From assembly GCA_010909165.1 (NCBI GenBank), contig MU008179.1, positions 1,028,710-1,092,709 on the forward strand: a stretch of DNA of 64,000 nucleotides, given 5' to 3'. This DNA comes from Anthoceros angustus. Its lineage: Eukaryota > Plantae > Anthocerotophyta. The notes under the pieces are model-generated. The model had not been told where the DNA came from. It searched no databases and was given only the letters and a program-made list of their open reading frames with translations. The first letter of the stretch is position 1. Each line of letters begins with the position of its first letter. Shown one piece after another: positions 1-11,418 of this stretch. The position numbers were made by a program, and so were the translations under genes.

Positions 1-77
1 ACTTCCTTCACAAGGAGCAAAGGACTCGCGAGGTAGGGAGCGCAAGACACGATAATTTTACTTCACAAGCTCCCTCC

Positions 78-84
78 TTTTATA
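78..84 (-). promoter_or_regulatory. Putative main LTR TATA box (TATAAAA)
   Basis: CCCTATAAAAGGAGG on minus, ~0.9 kb before the LTR 3' end by alignment. The 5' LTR copy (~12477-12483) reads TACAAAA. Confidence 0.55.
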
Positions 85-456
85 GGGAGGTCCTCACATC
101 TGACCTCCCACAGCGCGCCCTCCGCCAAGCACTCCGGCCATGCCTCACTCCTTATTCTAGTGTATCCTATTGTCGACTTTAAGTTCGACATCCAAGCATC
201 TTGGGTGAAATTATTCTAGCAAATTCTACCTATGTGAGCCTTAATGGCTCTGTCAACATTCCTATCCAGCTAGTCAACACACCCTCTGGGTTGACAAGCA
301 TTAATACTGTCCTCCCTAAAGAAAAGTCTTCCCCTAAGCAATGAGCCCACGCCCAAGCTACCACCACCCTCTTCAATTACCTCTAGATGCCGTCGCACGG
401 TGATCCTACGGATGTAGGGCCACCCTCTACACCTCCTACGGACGTAGGGTCACTTC

Positions 457-1624
457 TTATGGCCCTACCGCCTCCACGCTCTCCACTGCGAGAAGGTCTC
501 CCGTGAGCGGATCTTGCTCCATGCCTTCCTCTTCCTCCTCCGAGTCATCCTCTACGGCTTGCTCATTCATTTCTTCCCATTCTGACTCATCTGACTCCAC
601 CGTCTCCGCTTGGGTCACAAGGTCCGCAGCCTTCAAACCTTCTGCTTCTAGCATCCTTCTATCATCACTGTGGGGGTGCCAACCTCTCCCTCAAAGCTCT
701 ACCCAGATCAGCCTTGATTCTAGCATCTATTGGCGAATTAACTCAGAGGTTGCGATATTTGTTCTTCAAGTCTTCCAAGTCTGCGGGCCACTCGCCCGTC
801 CACACTTCTCTTGCAAAGCCTCCCTTTCCACGCCATGCCCCACTTGTATGGACATAGCATGATACTTCTCCTCCGCATCATGGACGCGCCTCAACATCCT
901 CTTTTGCAAGGCATGATCGGCCCTGAACCTTCTCTTACGCACAACCATCAAGCGACGTACCATGTCCTCAGCTTTCTTGCGACTCTCTTCCTCTTGCGAG
1001 GCCCTACGATTAGCTTCACTCACAGCCCCCTTGGCTCCTTCCAACTCCGCTTGGATGGAGTCCCATGACTCTTGTAGGGTCTCCTTCTCCCTTCTCAATT
1101 CTCCTACCTCGAGGTCCTTGCCATTTAATAACTCATCCTTAGTCTCCGCAAGGCTCTGGACCTCCTTTACATCCTTCTTGGCCATCGCCATGGCACACAC
1201 CAATTGTTGGACTTGTTCTCGCATCCCTCTCTTCTCCAAGACCCATCCTTCCTTCTCCTCAACCTTCCTTTCAAGCTCCATAATCGCAATCCCCTCCTGA
1301 GCCTCCTCATTTGGTCTTCCATATACCTGTCGGATGTGTTGGGCTGTCCAGCACCCTGGATCAGTCCTTGCATCCCTATTTTCCAGTTCCTCCAGTTCCT
1401 GCCGTGGCATAGTGAAGTTTATGAAGCACTCCTCTATCATCTCCAAGTTGACATAGGCCCAGTGGCGGCCATACACCCATTGCAATTGCACGTTGGGTTC
1501 TCGCCTCCTGAATGCTACCAAGTGCCTAGCCTCCACATGCGGGGAAGCAATTAAATTCGCATCCCTCTCTTCTCCGGCTCCTAGCAACCAATTTGCCCTT
1601 CTTAGGTGCAGGCGCTTTCACCAT
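457..1624 (-). CDS. LTR-encoded accessory protein (WVYGR/NLE..EECF.N/DP.CWT N-domain, coiled coil, acidic tail), frameshifted
   Basis: ORFs 766-1587 and 457-654. Likely ATG at 1624 (MVKAPAPKKGK). The motif block is conserved in homologues at 13504, 26140, 47420, 59680 and 60420. Confidence 0.75.
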
Positions 1625-2394
1625 CTTGCACCTTCAAAATAACTACACAAACAATACAAGCTTGGGCACGCCCACGTGCTCGTTTCCACCTAGTTGTCAC
1701 CTCAGTGCCTACACACAATTGTGAGATTTCTTCACTCGCCACACAAGATCCACCAAGAGAGCAACTTCAGCCCCTTTTCCACTTACTTCCTCTTCACTCC
1801 ACAGTCCCACCTAGCTCAAACTTGGTGTCCTCACAACATACACCTCCTTACGCGCCCAAATCCCTCACTTGCAAGGTTCTGGGCACACACAAAAAATCAG
1901 CGCCCTTGCTCTCTTCACAGTCGTGCTTCAAATCCCTTCACACACAACTCCTTACGCACGCACACCACCTTCTCCTTGCACACACACGGCACCGCGTTCC
2001 CACCAAGTCCTTGCTCTAGCTTTCCGTGCATGCCCAAGCTCTTCCTCGCGATTCCTCACAGACTTCCTAGGTGCCACTCCCTACACACCCCGCTTGCATG
2101 GCCCTTTGGTAGTGACAGCAAAAACTCTTGATATAGGCCGTTGATTCCTTGCCATGTGGCACTATTTCCACCGTCCTCGATTTAGTAGCCCTACTTGTTA
2201 TAAACACCCTACACTACCTGCCTTACATATTTATGGATTATTATTCCTAATATACCCTATTTATCCTCAACCTTGCATATACCTTTTAACAACTTCCTAG
2301 GTTGAAACCCCTAATCTGAAAAGCTTGCTTCCCAAGTATCCAAGTATGTCGCGCCCACTGCTGCCCACGCTAGGGAGACACTCTCATGACACTC

Positions 2395-2890
2395 TCATCC
2401 TACCTACCTATCCAACTATCACCCTACTATGTAGGGTGTCACCTCGTCTACTATGTAGGGTCACCTGTCACCCTACACCTCCTTCTCCCTTCTCAATTCT
2501 CCTACCTACCTATCCAACTATCACCCTACATCTACCCTTGTAGGATGCACCTCCCCTACGGGAGTGCCATGCCACGTCCACTACCACCCTACACCTCCTT
2601 CTCCTCAAAGCATCCTCCCTATCTATGTAGGGTCACCTTTGTCACCTCGTCTACTATGTGGGTCACCTTTGTCACCCCCTACTATGTAGGGTCACCTTGT
2701 CACCTCGCCCCTACTATGTAGGGTCACCTTTGTCACCCCACGCCTACTCTATGTCACCCTACCTATCTATGTAGGGTTAGCTGACACCCCACGCGCCAAC
2801 TATCACCCTACATCTACCCTTGTAGGATGCACCTCCCCTACGGGAGTGCCACGTCCACTACCACCCTACACCTCCTTCGCGTAGGGTGCA
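2395..2890. repeat. Minisatellite of ~30 bp units (CTACTATGTAGGGTCACCTTTGTCACC) in the LTR U3
   Basis: Directly visible tandem units; the counterpart is at ~14750-15490. Confidence 0.9.
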
Positions 2891-3424
2891 CCACTCAAAC
2901 ACTCTCCCAATTAGCTCTCATGTGACTTCTGCAAATATAACAAGCTGAAACACCCCACACAAAAGGTGCCCCATCCCGGTACTGATCCACCCCTAGGACG
3001 CTTAACTCTGGAGTTCTTACATTCCATTGTCCAACACACCCAATTGGCTTGTGCATAACACTCATCAAGAATAAAATGAACTTATCCCTCGGTGAACTTC
3101 TCACGCCTCCACAACATCTCGTACCAACCCTCCTTGCTATCCATTTCTCCTCGCGGCCATCACACGGCCTCCCTTCACTTCACTTCACTTTCACTTGCAA
3201 ATTCCGTCGTGATGCACACCCGTGGTGATCTCTTCCCATGTTGCACCGCAACACCCTTCGTGGTCTTGCCTCTACCTAGATCTCTACTTGCACTCACTTG
3301 AGTCTGAGCTTCCACCAAGAAATACCCAGCAATTCCTTTGGCACTTTTCCGAGTTCGTTTTGATCCAAGTTTTGTCAACTCCAACCAAAAAAAATGAATG
3401 GCCCAAAGTTTTGCATTTCACATG

Positions 3425-3435
3425 CTCCCCTCCCC
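3425..3435 (-). other. Polypurine tract of element A (GGGGAGGGGAG)
   Basis: Lies 2 nt before the LTR TG and ~30 nt after the integrase stop at 3468. Confidence 0.85.
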
Positions 3436-3467
3436 ACTTGTTTGCGTCCTCGCAAACAATCTGCTTC

Positions 3468-4681
3468 CTACGGTGCAAAGTACTTCTTCACTTTCCATCC
3501 ATTCACCCTGGTAGGGAGTGGCTCCCCGTCTAGCTCCTTCAATTGTACTGAGCCGTTTTTATACACAGCCATGACCTCATAAGGTCCCATCCACCTCAAC
3601 CTAAGCTTCCCTGGGAAATCCATATATCGGCTATCATAGAGAAGAACCAAATCCCTGGACACAATAGCACGCTCTACGTAACTTCCGTCATGTCTATCCT
3701 TCCTAAGCTCACGGATGCGTTGGGTCTCCTCCAAAGCATCCTCCTATCTTCCTCATGCCCAATGAAAGACTCCAATCTAGCTAGTGACTATCCTCTCTGA
3801 GACATCGCTCATCCTCCATGATCCGAGGGTAGGTACCTCAAATTCAACAGGCATCACGGGAGACATCCCATATGTTAAATAATAGGGAGTCTTCTTGGTG
3901 GTCACCTTCTCTGCTGTCCTGTAAGCCCATAGCGCTGAATGTAGCTTAGTGTCCCAATCGTATATGTGAGTCACAGTTACCTTGGTCAAGATTGTACACA
4001 ACAGCCCATTCGTTTTCTCCGTCAAACCATTCGCTTTGGGATTGTAAGGAGTTGTCTTTCGATGCGAATGTTGAAGTAGGTGGTGAGAGTCTCGATCACC
4101 GAGTTGAGGAAATGAGTTCCCCTGTCACTGACCAACTCCAAAGGACATCCATACCTTGTTATAATGTTCTCAAAGAGAAACTTTGCTACTGCAGGTGCGT
4201 CGTCCTTCCTTGTTGCTTCAGCCTCCACCATCTTTGTACAATAGTCCGTAGCCACCAGGATATATTGCTTCCTCGTCCATCGTGTGGGTGGCTTGATTGG
4301 ACCTACAAAGTCTATGCCCCACTTCTCGAAAGGTGCCAAAGGTAGGATATAAGTAAGAGGCCATTGTGTTGACAAAGTTGGCCTCCCAACCCGTTGGCAT
4401 GCATCACACCTCCGAACAAAATCCCACACATCCCTCTGCATCGTGGCCCACCAAAAGCCTGCACCTAGGATCTTCTTCATGGTAATTTGTACCGAATAAT
4501 GGCCTCCAGCCTCTTCTGCATGCAAAGCTTCTATGACGAGAGTAGCTTCCTTCACTCCCAAACAACGTCGGATCTTCTCATCCGGACCAAGCTTGTATAA
4601 GACCCCATCTCTTAGACAATAAGGCGCGCTTGTGAAGAAAACAGCACGCCCTTCCCTAGACAAACCATCGGCATGATCCAT
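3468..4681 (-). pseudogene. pol: Gypsy integrase (HHCC zinc finger, rve core, GPY-type tail), frameshifted
   Basis: H..GGHY...C..CQR, PFEKWGIDFVGP, LVSDRGTHF, ALWAYRT, KLRLRWMGPY. Confidence 0.95.
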
Positions 4682-5207
4682 GCTCTAAGAATTCGTACCT
4701 CACCGTTAGCAAATACCGTGGACACGGAGTCCTTCACGTCGACCTCCTCTTCCATGTACACCTCGTTGCCCTCTAGTTTGCCCACCAGGTGCCGTGGTCC
4801 ATGCCGCCTCAACTTGGCTTGCAAACCATCTGTCCAGAGTCCGCTGCGCCGTGCTGCACCATCCGCACACTCATCTCGATGCCAGCCGCCTCTTCATCTC
4901 TATGCTCCTAGTTTCATGACCAGCCCCAGACCGTGCTCTAGCTGCGATCTCTTCACATTGCTGCATTTTCCGGGTAGTCACTTCTACAGTCGACCGTAGA
5001 CCTGCCGACGCTCTTTCCTGCAGCTCCACTGCAAGCACTCCCCGAGGTGTGGTTTCTCTACAATCCTTCTCCGTGTACACCACCAATGCTGAGCTTCCTC
5101 TGCTCCTAGATTCCAATGCACAAACCTCCTCTGCACACCATTTTCGTGTGCCGCCTCTCACTCCTTCAAATTGCGATTTCTCACATTTCTCCTCCTCCAA
5201 CGTGTGG

Positions 5208-7900
5208 CCTCCCTTGCAGCCCTCTTGCTCACCCTTAAAGCACCTCCTCCTCGCACCCATATTGCGCCACTTCACCTCGAACTCCTAGATCGTCCTCCTC
5301 CAGTTGTCACAAAAATCCTTTCCACAGGCATTTGGTCCCCTTGCAACACCTCTTGCTGCACAACCTCAATCATTTGTACTTTGCTCCGTCCTCCTCCCAA
5401 GCTGCGTGCTACCAACTCCTCGTCGGAAATCGGTCATCGTGGCCACAATCCGTTTTCCAGTTTTCGGGCGGAAATCGGCATTCATATGTTGCCTCCACCT
5501 GGTTTCTACATCATAATCAAACTCTTGCAGCAGGACCCACCTAGCAATCCTTCACGATAAATCGGCTTGTTCACAAGGTACTTTAAGCAAAATGATCAAC
5601 ATGGAGCGTCACCTTACAAGCAAGCGGTAGTGTCTAAACTTCTTACACAGTATATGATGCCAAGACCTTCCCTCTCGGTGGTTGAATAATTTCTCTCGGC
5701 ATCCGTAAGTTGCACTGACATAGAAAATTGGATGATCCGTTTCTTCTCGTCCTTACGGCTTAAGACGGTCCCAATAAGCGTGTGGCACATCTACGTATAC
5801 ATGGAATGGTTTTCCCAATCGGTGGTTGTAGCGTTGGTGCGTTCACCAAGCTATCCTTTAAGCTGAAAGGCTTCACCTTGCCTCTGTTCAAAGGGCATGT
5901 CCTTCTTGGTCAAGCTGCGTCAACAAGGCCGCCTTCTTGGCAAAATCCTTGATGAATCTTCTATAGTACCAAACCTATGAAAGCCTTTCTTGACCGTTTG
6001 TGGCGTCCATCTCGCTATCACCGACACCTTTTCCTATCTACGCAAACCCCTCACTTTGAAACTCGATGTGCTAGTAAGATTCCTGTCATACCGAATAACA
6101 CTTCCTGGATGAAGTTTCATGTTCGACTCCTGCACGGAAACATTGTCTCCCTTGCAGCCCTCTTGACTGCTCACCCTTAAAGAGCACACCCCGCTCCTCT
6201 TTGCACCCATATTGCTGTTCTTTCACTTCACCTCGAACTCCTAGATCGTCCTCCTCCAGCAAATTCTGCACAAAATCCTTTCCACAGGCATTTGGTCCTT
6301 CTGCTTGCAACACCTCTTGCTGCACAACCTCAATCGCATTTGTACTTTGCTCCTGATCCTTTCCTCCCAACTGTGCTACCAACTCCTCGTCGGGAAATTG
6401 GTCATCAGTGGCCACAATCCGTTTTCCAGTTTTCAGACGGGAAACAAAATCGGCATTCATATGTTGCCTCCCTGGCCTGGTTTCTACATCAAAGTCAAAC
6501 TCTTGCAGCAACAGGACCCACCTAGCAATCCTTCCTGATAAATCTGGCTTGTTCACAAGGTACTTTAACGCAAAATGATCAACATGGAACGTCACCTTAC
6601 AAGCAAGGTGTAGTGTCTAAACTTCTTACAGTATATGATGCCAAGACCTTCCCTCTCGGTGGTTGAATAATTTCTCGATCCGTAAGTTGCCCGCAGATAG
6701 AAAATTGGATGATCCGTTTCTTCTCGTCCTTCCGGCTTAAGACGGTCCCAAAGCGTGGCATACATCTACGTATACATGGAATGGTTTTCCCAATCTGGTG
6801 GTTGTAGCGTTGGTGCGTTCACCAAGCTATCCTTTAACTGCTGAAAGGCTTCCTGCCTTGCCTCTGTCCATTCAAAGGGCATGTCCTTCTTGGTCAACTG
6901 CGTCAACAAGGCCGCCTTCTTGGCAAAATCCTTGATGAATCTTCTATAGTAACCTACCAAACCGATGAAAGCATGCACCTGCTTCACCATTTGTGGCGCG
7001 TCCATCTCTGCTATCACCGACACCTTTTCCTTATCTACCTGCAAACCCCTCACTGAAACTCGATGTGCTAGTAAGATTCCTTCTGTCATACCGAAATAAC
7101 ACTTCCCTGGATGAAGTTTCATGTTCGACTCCCTGCACTTCTGGAAACATTGACTCAGGTGCTCCAGATGCAATTTCCTTCTTCCAAACACTCAAAAATC
7201 ATCTAGGAAGACCTCCATGAACTTCCTCAAAAATCTCGGAATATGGCATTCACTACCCGCTGAAAAGTAGCAGGGGCATTGCACAACCCGAAGGGTAACT
7301 TTGAATAAGCGTAGGTTCCCCAATCCGTTGTGAACGTTGTCTTGTCTGGTCCTCCTTCCTCAGAGAGATCTGGTTGTAACCCGAATAACCATCCAAGAAG
7401 CTATACATCTCATGACTGCCACCGTGTCCAGCACGCTGTCCATGAAAGGCAAGGGATGGTGGTCCTTCTTTGTGGCCTCGTTAAGCTTCCTAAAATCTTG
7501 ACACACCCGCACTTTCCCTTGCTGTTTCTTTGGCACAATCACGATGGGTGCCACCCACTCGCTTGTTAGTACCGGATAAATTACGCCTGCCTCCAAGTAC
7601 TGGTCTAGCTGATCCTTGACCACCATAGAGTACTTAGGATTCAGCCTATACTGCTTGATCCTTACTGGGTACTGCCCTCCTTCAAGTCTATTCGATGTAC
7701 CCCCAGTTCTTCGGGAATTCCTGTCATGTCAGTAATCTTGAAAGCAAATATGTCTACATATTCCCTAAGCAACCTACAAAACTCCTCCTTCTCTACCACA
7801 TCTAAGTACCTAGAAATCTTGACTGCTTTGCTAGGTTCTAGCTCTAAGTCTACCAGATCGGATCTACGTGGGTACCCTCACGGACTACTACCTACCTGCT
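5208..7900 (-). pseudogene. pol: Gypsy reverse transcriptase and RNase H, with a ~1 kb local duplication
   Basis: SEWVAPIVIVPKK, VCQDFRKLN, VFLDDF (7196-7213), GYYRRFIKDF, DHFALKYLV, GRIARWVLLLQEFDF. Confidence 0.95.
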
Positions 7901-8085
7901 TCACGATACTTCATCGGAAAATCTCGATCATATGCTCTCCCTTTCCAAAAGGCTACCCTTCCACATGCTCCACCTTGAATCATCTTCTACGGTAGCTTCT
8001 ACTTGTAGGCGAGTACACCAACTTGGGTTTTATTTCCACCACTTTGAGGGTCCACGATAAGCCGGTCACTACCGAAGAGCTTACC

Positions 8086-9114
8086 CTATACCTCTGAAGT
8101 ATATCCATCGGACGGGAGTTCGGTTTCCCCTTCGTAGGGTGCCTTGCTCCATGACACAAAAGCTACCTCAGGTGGCCCTACTCTACGGGACTTAAAGGTG
8201 ATACCACTACGACCAAAATCGAAAACACACGCAGTTCCGTACAACCAAGGTCTGCCTATCAAGACCTTGTAGCCTAAATCTGACACTGGTCTCATGACAA
8301 TGTAGGTAAGATAGAACGTGAGACCTCCAATCACGGTTGGCACATTTCTCAACACTCCTAACGGTTTCCTTCTGGTCTGGTCCGCCATCCTCAAGAATAC
8401 CCGAATCGGACTGAACTTGGTGAACCCAAGGCGATGCGCCGTCTCCTCTGTCATCAAGTTGACCCCTGATCCCGAATCTAACGGCACATTGGGCACCAAG
8501 CACCCTGCAATTTCGATTTCAATTTCTGGTGCCCCCAGATCAACAAGCTCAACCACGTTTACCTCCAGATCCATCGGCCTCCTTCGCGGCTCCACAGGCT
8601 CGGGAATTCCCCTGATCGCCTCCTTCACAATTTTGCGGGATCTTGGACTCACCGCAAGAAGCTGCCTCAAGCTGACCACAAATTCTCGGTCAAGCAATGC
8701 ATCGGCGAAACTGGAGATCTTATCTGACAAGGTTTCCTCCCCGTTTGCAGCCCCGATGCTGGTCGGCTCCGACCTTATTTTTAAACTGTCCACACCTATG
8801 GCCCCTCCTATCGACTGGGTCTCCATAGCCGGCGGATTCACAACTTCGGGTTCCGCAACCTCTACCTCCATCTTTGCATGCTGAGTGAGCCTTCTTAGCT
8901 CATCCTCCAACATTGCTGCTACTTCCCTACTAATGTCAGGAGGAAACACCTTTCCTCCCCCTCCTCCGCTTGTTGGTAGGTCGCCCTCCCAAGCACCAGT
9001 AGTTCCCTCATGGACCTCCTCATTTTCCTCCTCCTCTGCCAAATTCCGGCTTCCACGAGTCTCCGGTGGCCAAGGTGAGTCCTCCCTCACCTTCCTCTTC
9101 TTCCTCTCGCTCAC
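8086..9114 (-). CDS. pol: Gag-pol spacer and aspartic protease
   Basis: VPLDSGSGVNLM catalytic motif; VLIGRPWL. Confidence 0.9.
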   Translation of the reverse strand: MSERKKRKVREDSPWPPETRGSRNLAEEEENEEVHEGTTGAWEGDLPTSGGGGGKVFPPDISREVAAMLEDELRRLTQHAKMEVEVAEPEVVNPPAMETQSIGGAIGVDSLKIRSEPTSIGAANGEETLSDKISSFADALLDREFVVSLRQLLAVSPRSRKIVKEAIRGIPEPVEPRRRPMDLEVNVVELVDLGAPEIEIEIAGCLVPNVPLDSGSGVNLMTEETAHRLGFTKFSPIRVFLRMADQTRRKPLGVLRNVPTVIGGLTFYLTYIVMRPVSDLGYKVLIGRPWLYGTACVFDFGRSGITFKSRRVGPPEVAFVSWSKAPYEGETELPSDGYTSEV

Positions 9115-9248
9115 GCACGGTCCTTCTCCCGTCGCTCGGATCTAGTGGTGACCTTGGCCACCAGCAACCCTTCTTCCTCACTCATTTCTCCCTCATATCC
9201 TTCTTCCACAATCCCAGAGTACACATTGTCTCCATCCAGAAGATCGAA

Positions 9249-11418
9249 TTATGCTTCCACCTTCAAAACTGGCGTTGAAGTCACAGTGATAGCAGTTTCG
9301 GGGTTGGAAGGTGCTCCTTCTGTTGTAGGCTCTGTGAACCTCACTCCTGGACGTGTCGGCACTACTCGTGGCACCCCTGAACACCTCGGATCTCCAGCCT
9401 TGTGTCCCAGTTCTTTGCACACTTGACAGAAAGGTACATACCCCATTTGTCTCTTTGGTTCTGGGCAATCATTGGAATAGTGACCAGGTGCTCCACAATT
9501 GTAACAACATCCCGGTGGAATTGCTGTTGGTCGCTGAGATGGTTCTGGTCTCCATGGACCTAGCGAGGTAGGCCGAGACGCGTACCTCATGATTGGCGGT
9601 GCTGCAGGCTGGTAGGTTGCCCTCATCGACTGAGGCGGTCGACCTCCAGTGACTGCCTGCACCTGGTAAGCCTCATCCACATACCAATAATCACCGGGCA
9701 TGACCGGCTCCACATGATTCACTGCATGGCGTGGGGCTCGTATACATTCCCGGTTGGTGTGCCCAGATTGGTGACAAATCGAGCAATACACCAACTGTCT
9801 TGCAGGGGCGGGCGATCTACGTGTGGCTTGATTCTTCACAGCCTTGACTTCCAACTCCGTTAATCGCTTGGTCAAGGCTTCAACCTGACCCGCAATTCCT
9901 CCTCCTGCAGTGGACGTTTCTCCCTTCTCCATCCGCCGCACTGTTTTCCCTTTTCTTTCCTTCTCCAGTGCGCGCTCAGCCTCCTCTTGCCTCTTCTTAA
10001 CCTTCTCTAGATCTTTCCTCATCCGTCGTTCGTAGGCTTTCTCAGATTCTTCATCGGATGACGAGTTTTCCTGGGTACCACTCTCCTCACTCTCGGAAGA
10101 TGAAGATGAAGATGAAGAGGGGGAGGAAGAAGAAGAAGAAGACAAACTAGATCTCCTGGACCCCTTCCTCTTCTTATGACTCCTTCTCTTTTTCCTCCTC
10201 CTGCCCAACTCTGCCGACTCCCACTCTTCTGCCAAGCGGATTGCTCCAGCCAAAGTTTTAGTCCCTCGTCGACAATGTACCTCCATTTTCCTTGATAGAC
10301 CGCTCACAAACCAATCCAGCGCTTGCTCCTGCGAGTAACCCGATGTGGGAGGATTGCCCGGAGTCACAGGTGCACACTTGGGGACTCGATCCAAATATCC
10401 ATAGAACCGTTCAACGTAATCAAACAATGACTCCCGTTTCTTCCTGCGAAGGGTTCTCAACTTTGCCAAGGTGTGGTGGGCACGAGCCCTCGGCGATTGA
10501 GCGGTCTTCAAAGAATCCCAATCTCACAGGCGCACTTGCCCGTAAGTTCGACCAGCCTTTGGGCATGCCCCTCGGCCGGGAAAATTCGCAACCGATCAGC
10601 CACGGTGTCCTCCAGATTAGCATGAGACACATGCTCAAAAGTGCGCACAAATGCCTCCGCATCGTCGCCCTTCTTCTTCTCCCCAAACTTGACATATTGT
10701 TGCCGACTGTGAGGTTGAGGCAAACCTCCTCCCCCTCCTGCAGTTCCACTCATGTTACTTGACCTGATTGCACCTGACGAATTCAAGTTACCTCCTCCTC
10801 GTGGCGCGCGATCAACCAGCGTTCCCTGGCGGGATGTCGGCACAAAGTCTCGAACACGGCCTGGGTGAGGTGTCCCCTCGGACGCGTCCACCAAGGTAGT
10901 AAGTCGAGGTAATCCGGTCAAGACTAGCTGCAAGATCTTGACCACACTTGGAATTACTACTCATCCGTCCTCCCTCCCTCTTCTTCCTCTGAAGATGAGC
11001 TAGATCCACCACGGCTACGGGGTTCCCAATGTTGAGAAGGCCCAGCTTCCACAAATGAAGCTCTTAAATTCAACCCGTATCCTCGTTCATGCACCTCTTC
11101 TTCACGTTCGCCTTGCAGCACCAATTCTTCCTCGACAACCTCCTTTCTTTCGCTATCCGTGACCTCGTCGCCCTCTTCTTCACTAGCAGCAACCTCCTCC
11201 TCTTCTTCGCTCACAGCGCCCTTGCAAGCAAGCGCAAAAGCGGCTTCTTCCTCAATTGCCCGTGCCTCTTCTTCCTCTTGAATTCGGCGTGCTGCAGTTG
11301 CAGCACTTTCTTCTCGTAATCGTTCCCTCCTTGCAGCTCGTAGATCTCTAGCAGAGACAGGTGGAGGCGATCTCCCTCGTTCAACTCTTATCCCCTTCCT
11401 CCTGCTAGACATCTGCAA
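9249..11418 (-). pseudogene. gag: Gag with three CCHC knuckles and an acidic N-terminal region, frameshifted
   Basis: ORFs 10957-11418, 10508-10945 and 9249-10511; CSICHQSGHTNREC, CYNCGAPGHYSNDC, CQVCKELGHKAGDPRC. Confidence 0.9.

Larger units (their letters stand above)
1..3422 (-). repeat. 3' LTR of element A (partial, cut by the window edge)
   Basis: Starts (minus) TGTGAAATGCAAAAC just after the PPT. Identity with the 5' LTR stops exactly at ...TTTCACA (3422 vs 16020). Confidence 0.9.

Noticed and set aside
766-1587. Retroviral envelope gene
   Set aside because: No signal peptide or transmembrane segment; the protein is charged and coiled-coil.
2395-2890. CRISPR-like array
   Set aside because: The units are contiguous with no unique spacers, there are no cas genes, and the context is a eukaryotic LTR.
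8318-8884. Long antisense ORFs over gag-pol and the accessory genes (also 10292-10762, 48689-49510, 56679-57341)
   Set aside because: These are shadow frames of GC- and purine-biased coding sequence with no conserved motifs.
9140-9165. Gag-pol stop or readthrough signal
   Set aside because: Another frame reads openly as VAKVTTRS, and the indel noise prevents any recoding claim.
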